Below, in pieces: positions 24,243 through 37,989 of a stretch of 64,000 bases of DNA. Position numbers and translations under genes: made by a program. Location of the stretch: the NCBI GenBank assembly GCA_964016885.1, contig OZ024745.1, forward strand, positions 80,786,001 to 80,850,000, read 5' to 3'. This DNA is from Eledone cirrhosa. Taxonomy: Eukaryota. A model generated the notes under the pieces. The model made no database searches and had not been told where the DNA came from. It worked only from the letters and a program-made list of their open reading frames with translations. Each line of letters begins with the position of its first letter. The first letter of the stretch is position 1.

Positions 24243-27200
24243 ATGCCCAAAATTCGAAGATTTTATTTAAACCCTCTCGTAAAATGCCTCATTTGTTTTT
24301 CTAAAATTTGGCCGAAAAATTCTAGGATTTATAAAATGGACTCCTTGTCCCTCTTAATCTTTACCCCCCCCCCTCTATATCGTATTACGCGCCTACTAGT
24401 TCACCCTTTCAATCACTCCCTTCTCTCACCAAATATAAATAAACCTGTTATGAGGTACGAATCTCAGAATTTGTCAACGCTTATTAATGGTCAGGCCTGC
24501 TCGCCCCCACCCCCACCCCCCTGCGAAATTTAATGTAAAATGCCATTTTTTTTATTGTCTCTCCAGCCTCTCGGTCCATTTATTCATATATCCGTATCAT
24601 CGCCCAGAATCCAATCTTTTGCTCTCTCTCTCAATGCTATTCTATAATTCTGTCTGATTGTTCTAAATAATCTTCTTGTATTTTAAAATCACATTATTCA
24701 CTTATTATTACTGTTATATGCTTGTCCAATTATGCCCAAAATTCGAAGATTTTATTTAAACCCTCTTGCTAACTATCCATACACCTCCCACCTCCCCCAC
24801 TCTCCACCATTATTATTAGGACCAATCATAAGTCAGCAGCCTATGCTATCACTTCTGGTTGCTTTTCGATATGATGGATGGACTAAAGAATTCTGGAGAG
24901 TCTGAAAAATCTGGACACTCAGTGACAATGCCAAAGATAAAGACAAATTCACCTCATGCTGCCGGACAAAAAGGCAAGGACTCCCCCTCTTTGTTTCAGC
25001 CGCGGATGGCCAACATAACCCCAACCCCATCCCCCTCGCCCCACCATTCCTACCCACCAAACGCAATCCAAAACTTCAGAGTTGGTACCATGAATGTAGG
25101 CACCTTAAAAGGTCGCTCTAACGAGATTGTAGAAATGATTGAACGTAAGGAGGTTGATGTTTGCTGTATCCAAGAGACCAGGTGGAGGGGTGGGTCTGCT
25201 AGATTCATTGTGGGTAAAAAACGATGCTATAAGCTTTTCTGGTGGGGAAATGACAATGGGCTGGGTGGGGTAGGAATCATGTTAGCAGAAAAATGGGTAG
25301 ATAAGATAATAGACATAAATAGAGTGAACGACAGAATAATTAAAATAAGACTTGTCCTAAATAGAACTGCTGTGACAGTAATATCTGCGTATGCACCCCA
25401 ATCCGGACTGCCTGGCGCTATAAAAGACAGATTCTATGAGACATTGATGCTCACTACCTCCCAAAAAACCGACAGTGACTACATAATTATTGCTGGCGAC
25501 CTAAATGGTCACGTTGGACAACATTGTGACGGCTATGACGGAATCCATGGAGGCTATGGGTTTGGTACTAGAAATGAGGAAGGCTCCAGAATCCTTGAAT
25601 TCTGTGACACAAATAACCTAACTATCTGTAACACTAACTTCAAAAAACAAGACAATCACTTGATCACCTATAGATCAGGGGAACACGCAAGTCAGATAGA
25701 TTATATCCTTACCAGAAGACGTGATAGAGTGTCTGTTCTAAACACTAAATCCCTCCCCCATGAAGAATGCACCTCCCAACATAGACTCATAGTCAGCGAC
25801 CTCATAGTCAGGACAAGACGTACTCGACAACAGAGGAGGACTATCCTCAGGAGAAAAATATGGAAGCTAAAGGACCCCACAGCCAGTAATAAATTTAAAA
25901 GCATATTACTTGATGCTTTCGACAGTAAGGAAGAGCAATTAGAGTCGTACAATATAGAGGAACAGTGGGAATTCCTGAAAGCAAACCTGCTGAAGGCGGC
26001 AGATGAAGTATGTGGCTGGAGCAGGCCTATAGGCAGGAGGAGAGTAACGTGGTGGTGGAACAGTAAGGTGGAGGAGTCAATTAAGGCCAAAAAGCAGGCT
26101 TGGAAAGTATGGCGGGATGGGGGAAGTAGAGAAGACTATCAAGTGGCCAGGAGGGAAGCTAGGAAATAAGTGTACTTCGCAAGAAGGGAAGCAGAGGAAA
26201 GAAAGTTCAAGCATGTTCTACGACGCGAGGACCAAAAACGTGAGGTGTTCAGGATTGCTAAGCAATGTGTCAAGGAAAACCATGATATTGTCGGGGAGAA
26301 GTGTGTCCTTAATGATGATGGTGTACTTGCCATCACTGACGCTGATAAGAAGGTAGCTTGGAAGTGTCACTACGAAAGGCTACTAAATGAGGAGAATAAA
26401 TGGGAGAAAGACAGTCTCCCCCACATCGATCCAATAGAGGGACCAGCAGTGCTAGTTGAAGGTAGTATAATAAGTAAGGCAATCAAAGATATGAAGACGG
26501 GTAAGGCGGCTGGGCTTTCGGAAATAGTTGCTGAACTGCTGAAAGCATCTGGAACGGTGGGACACACTATGGTCACCCGGATAGTAAACCAAGTCATACA
26601 GAATGGGGCCATTCCGAAGGACTGGCGTAGCAGCATCATCATTAACTGCTACAAGGGTAAAGGAGATGCCCTAGATAGGGGTAACTATAGAGGCATTAAA
26701 TTAATCGACCAGGTCATGAAGGTCACAGAAAAAGTAATACCGCAACTAATCAGAGAACGAATTGATCTAGATGAAATGCAGTTCGGGTTTGTGTCAGGTA
26801 AAAGTACCACAGACGCTCTTTTCATTGTACAACAACTACAGGAGAAGTACCTAGCTAAAAGTAAACTCCTATACTTAGCTTTTGTTGACTTGGAGAAAGC
26901 CTTTGACAGAGTCCCCTGCTCCATTATCTGGTGGGCTCTTAGAAAACTAGGTGTTGATGAATGGCTTGTGAGAGCTATACAAGCCATGTATAAAGAAACA
27001 GTCAGCAAGGTTAGAATTAACAACGAATATAGTGAAGAGTTTAGCGTAAAAGTTGGTGTTCATAGCCCCCTACTATTTATTATTGCCCTTCAGGCTATAA
27101 CAGAGGAGTTCAAGACCGGCTGCTCATGGGAACTCCTATAAGCAGATGATCTAACGCTCATAGCTGAATCAATGGCTGAACTAGAGAAGAAATTCCAAAC

Positions 27201-28420
27201 ATGGAAGCATGGCCTAGAATCAAAAGGCCTTAAAGTTAACTTGTCTAAGACTAAAGTTCTAGTTTGTAGGAAGGAAAATAGGGCACCGGTCCCATCTGGG
27301 AAATGGCCATGCTCAGTGCGTAGGAAAGGAGTAGGCAGAAACTCCATTTTATGTCCCAAATGCAAAGAATATAGATTTTATATGTGGCCGGTGCTCTGGT
27401 GCAATAAGTAGCAGCAAGTGCCCACAGAATACTAGCTCATTCCATTGCACAGATGGTTCTATAGAAATAGTGGACAGCTTCCGTTACCTGGGTGACAAAA
27501 TCAGCAGTGGGGGAGGGTGCTCTGAAAGTACAGTAGCTAGAGTCAGAACTGGATGGAAAAAGTTCAGAGAGCTTATACCACTATTGGCCGCTAAAGGGTT
27601 CTCTCTAAAAATGAAAGGCAGGCTGTATGATGCCTGCATACGAACAGCAATGTTACATGGCAGTGAGACCTGGGCATTGTGTGCAGAGGATATACGCAGA
27701 CTGGAGAGGAACGAAGCTTGCATGCTCCGCTGGATGTGTAATAGTAATATACGTGAATGGCAAAGCATAAACGAACTAAGGGAGAAATTAGGAATAAGAG
27801 GGATCAGATGTTGTTTACTCGAGAAAAGACTACGTTGGTATGGTCACGTGATGCACATGAAAGATGACAGCTGTATAAAAAAAGTGCAGGGCGATAAAAA
27901 TAGACGGTAGCCACGGAGTAGGCAGACCCAGAAAAACCTGGGACGACTTGATAAATTCCAACCTCACACACTTACACCTCTCCAAGACAATGTCACTGGA
28001 CCGAGATCTTTGGCGCTTCACAGTAATAGAGAAGACCCGCCTTACCTAAGTACAAAGTGAAACCTACTACAGTCAGTAGGCACCTCTAACAAATTCACCC
28101 CCGTCCCACTACCCCCATCCCATCCACACCACCCCTTTCGATGTAAAGTTATGTTGGTACCACAACATCCAGTCCTAAAGGTCGTGTAGGTGTCACAACA
28201 AAAAAACACACAGTCCATGCTGTAATGTGGCCGTGTAGGTAACACGGTAAAAACCTCCCAGTCCACACTGTAAACGTGGTTGGTGTTAGGAAGGGCATCC
28301 GGCCGTAGAAAACCCGCCAGACAGTCCTATACGAGCAGGACAACCAATCTTGCCTCAAGTGGGAAAACTCCCGTCCAAACCCATGCAAGCGTGGAAGATG
28401 GACGTTAAACGATGATGATG

Positions 28421-28421
<1 letters not shown>
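24243..28421 (+). mobile_element. Near full-length RTE-clade LINE (APE + RT), disabled
   Basis: APE motifs GTMNVGTL, CIQETRW, SAYAPQ, GDLNGH, IDYIL; RT QFGF/DLEKAFD; nonsense codons at ~26168 and ~27140, deletions; (GAT)n tail; ~31-bp motif repeated at 24244 and 24733. Confidence 0.95.
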
Positions 28422-28444
<23 letters not shown>

Positions 28445-28455
<11 letters not shown>

Positions 28456-29175
28456 TAAATGTAAGTATGTATGTATACGTACATACATATATGTATACAG
28501 ACGTACAGTAGCATGTATATATATACATACAGGCACACATATATATATGCACGTATCAGTTTACCGAACATTTATTATAATGCTCTGTTTGTTCGTGTGT
28601 GCCTGTATGTATATATATACATGCTACTGTACGTCTGTATACATATATGTATGTACGTATACATACATACTTATATTTAAGTAAGTGCCGTACTAAGTGT
28701 GAGAAATGAAATTTCGTTTCATTCTATTCCATTTATCGTTTTCGGTGCGCCTGGCCGACTGAACTCACTCGATATGCAAATTAGGCTGCTCAGCCGTTAA
28801 TTTTCATAAGGAAAGTATATACTTTCGGACGTTCAACTATCTGGCAGAAAGGTATACGGTGCTGACGATAGCTAATAAGGTTGAAACTAGTACATCGTTC
28901 TTGTGTCAGTGTTGAACAAAAAGGTGACGTGGTTGCCTAAACACTGTACGGCGTAATTCAGGCTGTTTGTTTATTTACAAACGAACAAACCGAGCATTAT
29001 AATAAATGTTCGGTAAACTGATACGTGCATATATATATGTGTGCCTGTATGTATATATATACATGCTACTGTACGTCTGTATACATATATGTATGTACGT
29101 ATACATACATACTTACATTTAAGTAAGTGCCGTACTAAGAGTGAGAAATGAAATTTCGTTTCATTCTATTCCATT

Positions 29176-29180
<5 letters not shown>
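28445..29180 (+). mobile_element. Small non-coding retrozyme/PLE-like unit (442-nt period, direct end repeats, inverted 5' copy)
   Basis: 28599-28735 repeats at 29041-29177; 28445-28595 is an inverted copy of ~28980-29120; contains a hammerhead motif. Confidence 0.7.
28857..28897 (+). ncRNA. Minimal type-I hammerhead ribozyme
   Basis: CGGUG-CUGACGA-UAGCUAAUAAGGUU-GAAA-CUAG-UA-CAUCG; palindromic stem III ACUAGU. Confidence 0.75.
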
Positions 29181-29206
<26 letters not shown>

Positions 29207-29520
29207 CATTTCATTTCATTTTACGTCCGCTTTTTCCCTGCTTGCAAGGGTGGGACAGGAACTGATTCTGGCTTGATTTCTACAGCTGGATGCCCTTCCT
29301 AACACCAACCTCATTTACAGTGAGTGCTGGATGCTTTTTTGCCGTGGCACCTCCACGACCACTTTGCAGTGGAATGATAGGGACCCCAGTCCCTATCATC
29401 TCATTTCTACAGCTGAGTAAACTGGAGCAATGTGAAATAAAGTGTCTTGCTCAAGGAAACAACACATCACCCGGTCTGAGAATTGAACTCACAACCTTTC
29501 GATTGCAAGGCCAATGCTCT
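29207..29520 (-). mobile_element. RTE-tailed tRNA SINE
   Basis: Near-identical to 8715-9030. Confidence 0.9.
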
Positions 29521-29946
29521 TGGGCAGCAACTGCAGAGGATATGCGACAGCTGGAGAGAAATGAGGCAAGCATGCTCCGTTGGATGTGCAGTGTAAATGT
29601 GCGTGAACGACCCAGCATGAATGTGTTGAGAGAGAAACTGCGTCTGAGAGGGATAGAATGTAGTGTACGGGAGAGGAGACTGAGGTGGTATGGACATGTG
29701 ATGCGCATGGAGGATGACCGATGGGTGAAGAAGTACCAGGAAATGCCAGTTGAAGGAAGACGTGGTAGAGGTAGACCACGAAAAACATGGGCGGAGGTGG
29801 TGAGAACAGACCTCAGATCGTTGAAGCTCACGGTGGAGATGACGAAGGACCGTGGCGAGTGGAGAGATGCTGTGCTGAATAAGACCCGTCCCACCCTTGC
29901 GAGCAGGGAAGAGTGGACATAATATGATGATGATGATGATGATGAT
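29521..29946 (+). mobile_element. RTE 3' fragment fused head-to-head to the SINE
   Basis: WAATAEDMRQLERNE...RRLRWYGHV...GRPRKTW; (GAT)n tail. Confidence 0.9.
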
Positions 29947-29965
29947 ATATATATATATATATATA

Positions 29966-30021
<56 letters not shown>

Positions 30022-30374
30022 GACATTCAGAATTCAAATTCTGTCAGAAATGTTTTACCTTTCATTTTAATTCCAAGTTAATAAAATAAATACTAGTTTT
30101 GTTGATATAAAATTCCCTTTAGAATTTGTGGCTTTGTTCTAATGTTCATCATCATCATCATCACTGTTTAGCGTCCATTTTTCCATGCTTGCAAGGGTTA
30201 GACGGGTCATCCACACCGGAAGGCAAGTCTGGCCAGAGTTGGCCACATCGCACCTTGCTCTGACGAGGACTGTATATTTGGCTGTGTATTTAACGGCAGG
30301 ATGGCCTTCCTAAGACCAACCACATTTACAGTGTGGAACTGGTTATAAATTATAATTATTTCTTTTGCCTAAGG

Positions 30375-30575
30375 GTGGTGAATTGACAATATCAGTAGAG
30401 CATCGGAGAAAATGCTTTTGTCATATTTAGTTATGACTTTCTATGTTCTGAGTTCAAATCTCATTAAAGTCAGCTTTGCCATTGGTCCTTCTGGGTTTGA
30501 TAAAATAAAGTACCAGCTAAGTACTGGAGTCTATATAATCAATTCTAATATAACCTTTGAGCCTATATTAGAAAG
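30375..30575 (+). mobile_element. Old SINE copy
   Basis: gagttcaaatctc..ctttgcc..gataaaataaagtaccag. Confidence 0.6.
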
Positions 30576-30685
30576 GATTATTTCTTTTGCTTAACTATAT
30601 CATTCCAAGTCTCTTTGGATGCTTCTAATAGTTATTATCAACCACATTTATTTAATCAGCTCCTATCAAATTCTTCTCTTATTAA

Positions 30686-30904
30686 CCCTTTAGCATTTAA
30701 ACTGGCTGTATCTAGCCAGAATTCTCTCATCTCTTTCTGTTCAGACCAGCTGTAACCGGTTGCTCTTTGATGTTAAGGTATTATTCTTAAAATAGATAAT
30801 ATCAACATATTATAGATTCAATATTATTTGAGATAATTATGTAAGATAAAGCCTTTACCATGAAAATATAATAGTAAATATAGAATAATGTAAAGGCTAA
30901 AGGG
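30686..30904. mobile_element. piggyBac-type MITE (219 bp)
   Basis: TTAA|CCCTTTAGC ... GCTAAAGGG|TTAA. Confidence 0.85.
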
Positions 30905-31115
30905 TTAAACACCTGAATCATTTCAGAGTATTCTCTTTTATGCTATACTTGGTAATAAATTTCTGAACAACTCTCAAATTGATTTATCCCTTTAGCATTC
31001 AAACCAACCAATTCCAAATACTATATAGACAGCAATATTTAATCAAAGAAAATGTTTCTGGTTATGATGACATCTTATTTTTGCTATATACAAAATACAT
31101 TGTATATGACTACTG

Positions 31116-31146
<31 letters not shown>

Positions 31147-31160
31147 ATATCTATCTATCT

Positions 31161-34100
31161 ATATGAAAGACATTGAAAATGTCGTCAGTTTTGAAAACAC
31201 GATGTCGGACGTTGATTGTAACATCAACACTAACACAAACACCAATAACATGCAAAATATAAACAACACCAACCAGAACAACAACAACAACAACAATAAT
31301 GACAACAAGAACAACAACAGCAACAATGATAACAACACCACCAACAACAACAGCAACACGAACAACTCCACGAACAAGGAAAAGATTTCTTTTGCTCAAA
31401 CCGTCCAAAAGACGGAACTGTTCACATACCTTGACATTTCCAATGCTAGGGAAATGTTAAGCGATGCAAAACAGTACGTAACTTTTGGTGAGAGTGGTGC
31501 TCTCAGCATCACTTCTCCTCAACAGTTACGCAGAGAAACTGTTCTAAAAACAGTAATTTTTAGGAAGGTTTCAAATGTGTCGAAAAAACCAGTTCAGTTA
31601 TCCCAAAACGATATTGAACTGGTTCTGAAGAATTCCATGAAGGATATTGCCTTCATCCAAAAAGGGAAACTTTTTGGAAGCATTTCGGTGTTGTTGAAAG
31701 ACTAATTGACAGCACAAAAATATTCTGTATCACCGATTGTGTCCCGCCTTTACACCTTTTTCCCCACATATATGGGAAAAAGAACTAAAAAAATAAAAAT
31801 TTTGAACATTGCACCAAATGTAAACGTCTGGTGGATTCTAACTGGCTTCATCGATTTCGACGAAGACACCATCATTTCGGTGGGAAAGTCCTCCAGAGGC
31901 ACATTCAATGGTACAAGCATAGAAGTTCTGGTCCAAATGAGGCCAGAACAGATAGCTAAAATACTCCGTGTGCCTCTGGATGGAATTTCACACATAAACA
32001 TTTCTGTTGAGGGTAGGCGGCCTTCATGTTACCACTGTTTAAGCAGTGGTCACCAGAAGGCTTACAGTCCTCAGTTAACTAAAAAAAAAAAAAGAGGCAC
32101 TACTGCCAACACAACCACCACCACCACAACAACAACAACAACACGCAAACACAACCAAAACAAGAACAACAAACCAACCTGCAAGCACAGTCCCACCCAA
32201 CCCCACTCCACCTAAAACCACTGCAAAAACACCCACAAATACAACAGCTCCCCAAAACATAGCCCTTCCAAATAACACAGACACCACAACGGACGAGGCC
32301 CCCACATCATCACCAAGTGATGATGAGGGAGAGCCTCTCCATTCGAAAAGAAAGAAGAAAAGACACCACAAGAACAAAAAAACAACAAACATCACTACAA
32401 ACATACAACCACCAACACAAACAACACAAACATTACACACAAAAAACCCCCGTCCCGAAAACAAAACCACATCACTCCAAACACAAACACCTACAACAAA
32501 ACGAAAGCTCCACAAGAACAACAGGCAAAAGCCACCGCAACACAACAAGAACATTACACATACATAAACAGTAAAAACAAAACTTTAATGGAGGTCATCT
32601 CCAACGACCCTTCGGTTTTCACCAAAGGGAAAACTTTTTCGAACTGTGTAGACAAACCTAATTTAAAGATGATTAGGGTCCCTACGGACACCTATAAGTC
32701 TTTAAAGGAAAACTTTCCTAAGGACGTGGGTAATCCTTGTGTTAAATGCATTAACCGCGTCCTTTTAAAAAGTTTCCCCACCCTTACCCCAGACACCCCC
32801 ACCCCACCAAACATCTCCGTCCCCACCCCGCCGGAAACCACCACCCACCCAGACAACTCCTCTAACACCCCCATGGAAACCGTGTGGCCTGATCCCCGGG
32901 AGACGAAGAGGTGAGTGTTTTCTTCTCCTCTTTTAACTTTTCAGAACCAACATGACCAATATAAGAGTTGGGTGTGTGAATGTACGCGGCCTGGGGATGC
33001 CCTGGTAACAGGGCAAACTCTTAAATGACCTCAGGTCGCACAGTATGGATGTAGTAGCCATTTGCAAGTCCAGGATCCACAGCGAGCGACAGCTAGCCCC
33101 ATCTTCGATGACTTTGAGATCTACGCATCTCTCTGTCAGCCGGGGGTGGGGGCGGGGTTGCCGTTTTGCTGCGGAAACACCTGGGCCTCATAACACAGAC
33201 GGTACATCTGGACCCGGAGGGTCGGCTGGTGGTCCTAGACGTTGACGGTAGTGAAGGTGGAGCCTTCAGGCTGTTGGCCGCATATGCCCCATCCGGGACA
33301 CCGCGGCCAGACTTCTTCAAACATCTAGAGACTTTTCTGGGAACGTCCCGCTCCTTGCTTTTAGTGGGGGACTGGAATGGAATCCTAGATGCACGTTGGG
33401 ACTATGTGGGAGCATGTCCCAATAAAGGGGGGTGTAAAATCCTCAAACAGTTAATCGGCCAATTTGACCTGGCCGATAGATATCGACTAGATTTTCCGAC
33501 TGCGCCACTGTGGACGTGAACTAATCGTAGCGGAACATCTAGATCGTACCTAGATAGGGTTCTAGTTAGAAATAAGGATAGGGATATGTTAAGCTATCCA
33601 CAAATGTTCATGGTTGCCTATTCAGATCACAAACTAGTGACCTGCATGGTCAATGTTGATAGAACCCATAGACAAGGACCCGGCTACTGGATTAGCACTT
33701 TAGTTAAACAGCACTTGACAGGGGCCATTGTCAACAACAGATGGTGGTACTCTCTCAAGAGGGCAGTTAGATTAGACTCGATAGTTTTTAGTAAAGTATT
33801 AGCGTTAGATAGAAATAGAACCGAGAAAGAACTGGTAGATAAAGTAGAAGAGGCAATTAGAAGTGGCAACGTAGCCAGCGTGCTAGCAACGAGAACGGCC
33901 TTGGACCAGTTCTTCGACGCAAAGCATGAGGGCTGCGTTGTCAGAAGCAAAATACTTGCTCTGGGAAACGAGGGAGCCAAAGCTGTTAGCTGGGCCCGAG
34001 TGACGGAGGCAAAAAGTGGCAACAAGTCCATGATTCGGTCTTTGAAGGACCAAAACGGATGCGTGATACGTGAGCCGAAGCAGATGTGTGCGGCCTTTCA

Positions 34101-36546
34101 GCGGCACGCCGGGAGGGGCTATGGATTTCGGTCCATACCTCAACGGCCTACCACAACTCTTGGACAGCAAGGCAAAGTTCTGCGAAAAGCCGATTTCAGC
34201 CGCTGAGATAGGGGATGTGTTAAGCCAATGCGGCAAATGCAAATCTCCAGGTCTCGATGGTCTACCCTACGAATTTTACGTAGCAATGCCAAACTTATTC
34301 TCCGGTCTCCTGGAAGTGGTCTACTGCAACTGGTGGCAGAACAGGAGAATTCCCAATTCTGTGACCGGGGGCATAGTCACACTATTCAGGAAGGATGAGA
34401 ATAAGGGGGATGACATAGGCAACTTCCGGCCCATAACTCTGCTAAATACAGAGTTACAGATTTTGGCCAAGGTGTTGGCAAAGAGGCTGGCGCTTGTTGT
34501 CGGGAACCTGGTGGGAGAAGCGCAGACATGCGCAATCCCGACCAGGTCCATACACAACAACCTCCACCTCATGCGATACATCATAGAGAGGGTAGGGTGT
34601 AAACCCAGCTTCGGTGGGGCCCTGATCAACTTGGATCAGTCTAAGGCTTTCGATAGGGTTGACCATCGTTACCTGGATGCGGTGCTCGAGGCGGCAGGCT
34701 TCGGACCCATGTTCAGGGGCTGGATTGCTGCAATGCATAACAGCAACATCTGCTCAAGGGTTAAGGTGAACGGCTACCTCTCGGAGCCGTTCCATATCAC
34801 GCGATCCATTCGACAGGGATGCCCTCTCTCCTCCCTTCTGTACGTATTGACTCTCGAGCCACTACTGCGGAAGTTGGAGCTATTGCAGGGCATCCCTCTG
34901 GAACCAGGACTGCAGAAAGCGGCGTCGGCCTACGCCAACGACGTGACAGTAATGGTGTCGAGCGCCTCACAAATCGAGGAAGTCGGCACCTTACTGAAGG
35001 AATACGAAAATTTCACAGGAGCGAAGCTGAACCGGGACAAGTCCATCGGTTTGCAACTCGGATCGTGGAGAGGCGAACCGATGCCTTCCGATGGTGTCGT
35101 CGGACGCTGGATGGAAGGACCAGTAAAGCTGCTCGGGGTCTGGTTTGGTCCAGACCTCCAGGTGGAGAAGAACTGGAACGAGGTGTCGGCCAAGGTGTTT
35201 GCACTCACCCATAAGTGGGCCGAGTGCAAACTATCCTTGAAAGGTCGAGCGGAGGTGGCGAACACTTTTATAGTGTTCGCCATCTACTACCGCTTGACCG
35301 TCGTGCCTTGTCCAGCCAAAACGCTTGCCAAAATGGAGCGCGCGCTCTTCTAATTCCTTTGGAAGAGGCAGGCTCCTATGGTGAGAAGATCCATCTGCTG
35401 CCAATGCCCTTCCAACGGAGGGATGGGGATGCCGTGGCTGACGATGCGCAAACACGCGCTCAGGCTGCGGCATCTCTACGTATTCATCACTGGACAACCG
35501 GTGTGGGCCCCGTTCGTGAGGCGAGCCTTCCCACGACTCGTCTCGCTGACCGAGCTGCAGTCCTGGGTCAAGCAAAGACCGAGGAAAATGGACGACTGGC
35601 ACATCGAATGTGCTCAGGCACTCACAGCCCTCTGGCAGGCGGACCCAGCGATCAATGGAGACTCCACTTCGTCATTCTATAGAGGGTTGATCCGCAGCAA
35701 GTGCGACGATGTGCTCGGTGAAACTCTGGGCGTAGAGGAAGATGAACTGGCCAGTCTGTTTGGTAGGACCTTCCGCCCGGGACCGATGGACAACTTCCAA
35801 AACTCCCTGGCCTGGCAGTGCTACCGAGGAGCTCTACCAGTTCGAGACAAGTTCTACAGACATGGGCGCCCGGGCAGGGACCCTGCAAAAAAGATTTGTC
35901 CGAGGTGCGTGCGAGACGAAGAAACCGTCGTGCACGCATTCATACACTGCCCGGGCGTCACCGACCTGTGGGGCTATGTAGAACGACTATTGTCGCGGGT
36001 GAGACCAATCCGGTTGACCACCGAGTCCATTGTCATGATCAAACTGCCACCCTCCTTCAAAAACGAAGGAGAGGCGGTTTTCCTTTGTGTGATAGCTATG
36101 GCAAAAGAGGTTGTATGGTGGACAAGGTTGAAAGGGCTGAGGTCAGACACCTTTCTCTCCAGCCAACAACTGATTCTTTTTTTCAAATACCACTTTGGAA
36201 GAAGAATCAGGATGGAGAGAGAGGTGCTGTACCCCAGCAAGTTTTATAAAAGGTTGGTGAAAGTGGCGAGAATGGCCCGAGTGAATGGGCCTTCTCTCTA
36301 TATCAGGTTGAGGAAAAAGAGGAGGAGAGGAAAGGAGTACAAACTCTTCGTACTCCTGGAGATGAGGGTTGCACATTTTTTTTCGGGGGTATGTTTTACC
36401 CAAATGAAATGTCTCCCCCTATTGGGGAAAATCGACTAATTTTTAAATTACATTTGTGATAATATTTTACACATTTTTATTGTATGTAAACTTCCCCCTT
36501 TGTATTTGTCCCCTTCTTTTGTGCCCCTGTGGCTAATAAAGAAACA
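31161..36546 (+). mobile_element. Full-length L1/Tx1-type LINE, disabled
   Basis: ORF1 ~31163-32914 (Asn/Thr-rich, CYHC....GH knuckle); ORF2 ~32952-36310 (AYAPS, GDWN, SDH; FRPITLLN, DQSKAFDRV, RQGCPLS, YAND; CPRC..ET..H); AATAAA end; 21-bp TSD at 31140-31160 and 36547-36567. Confidence 0.93.
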
Positions 36547-36689
36547 TATCTATATATCTATCTATCTGGGATGGACACACGCATGAAACTTGCTGAGTAA
36601 GTTCTGCTTAAATTTCTATAGAAATTCTTGACTGTAAACCTTCATTTTTGTACCATTTTGTAGAGGGACTGCCAGGTCAAATTTTGATC

Positions 36690-37743
36690 TGGTCAGTCTC
36701 TCAAATTATTCTACGCCTTTAGAAAAATTTCCTTCTTTGATAAAAATGGCTGAAGCAGCTTCACCAACATTCAAAGAAAGAAAAGGGAAGCTAAACTCAC
36801 AGCTTCCCCCTGCCCAGCAGCAGATGCCAAAGGCAGAGGTCAGCCAGAGGTAGAACTTTCTCCACCTGCTGACCGACAACTTGATGTAGTCACAACGACA
36901 CAAGAAACCGAAAACAACAACAACAGCAACCTGTTCGGTAGGACATTCAGCCCGGGACCTATGGATAACTTCCAGAGGTCCCTGGCCTGGCAGTGTTACC
37001 GAGGGGCTCTGCCCGTTCGAGAAAGGCTCTACAGACACGGGCGCCCGGGTAGGGATCCCTCGAAAAAGATCTGTCCCAGATGCGTGTGCGATGAGGAAAC
37101 TGTTGCACACGCATTGGTACACTGCTCGGGCATTGCCGATCTCTTGGGCTATGTCGAACAACTGCTGTCAAGGGTGGGACCGATCCGGTTGACCACCGAG
37201 TCTATTGTAATGATCAAGCCGCCTCTCCTCTTCAAAAATGAAGGAGAGGCGGTGTTTCTGTGCGTAATAGCCATGGCGAAAGAGGTTGTATGGTGGATGC
37301 GTCTGAAAGGACTGAGGTCAGACACCTTTCTCTCTGGCCAACAACTGGTCCGTTTCTTCCGATATCATTTCGGAAGAAGGATCAGGATGGAGAGAGAGGG
37401 GCTGCACCCCAGCCGTTTTTATGAAAGATGAGTGAAAGTGGCGAGAATGGCCCGTGTGAATGGACCTTCACTCTACGTCAGACTATAGGTGAAGAAGATG
37501 AAAGATCAAGGGAGCACCCCCTCTCTGTGCTCCTGAGGAGAGGGCTGCACACTTTGGGGGGGGGTGCGACCCCCCAAGGCGCCTCCTCCCTATTGAGGAT
37601 TTTGTTATTAAATTTATTTTTGTTATATTTTATATTTTACATCTTGTTATTGCCTCTTCCTTATTGAGGACGCCTTTTTATGTAAACTCCCCCATTGTAC
37701 TTGTCCCACTTTTTGATGCCCTGGTGGCAAATAAAAATAAAGT
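36690..37743 (+). mobile_element. L1/Tx1-type 3' segment with ORF1-like 5' piece
   Basis: ORF 36961..37431 paralogous to 35785-36250; ends aataaaaataaag|ttatctata. Confidence 0.85.
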
Positions 37744-37803
37744 TATCTATATATACATATCATCATCATCATCATCAACATTTTACATCTGCTTTTATAT
37801 ATA

Positions 37804-37860
<57 letters not shown>

Positions 37861-37989
37861 AGATGGAGAAAATCTCAAATGCAGGAGATAACTGAAGATA
37901 ATTTAGAAAATCTGGGTAAAATATCCCTATAGATAAAAAAAAAGTGACTACACACATATATTTCAAAAATAAAGGGTGAGAGGTTGTTT

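Noticed and set aside
26167-26169. Possible ORF1/ORF2 boundary or read-through stop in RTE (also TGA at 39293 in CR1)
   Set aside because: Single-base nonsense changes in a normally continuous ORF (QFGF to QF*F in CR1); no supporting signal.
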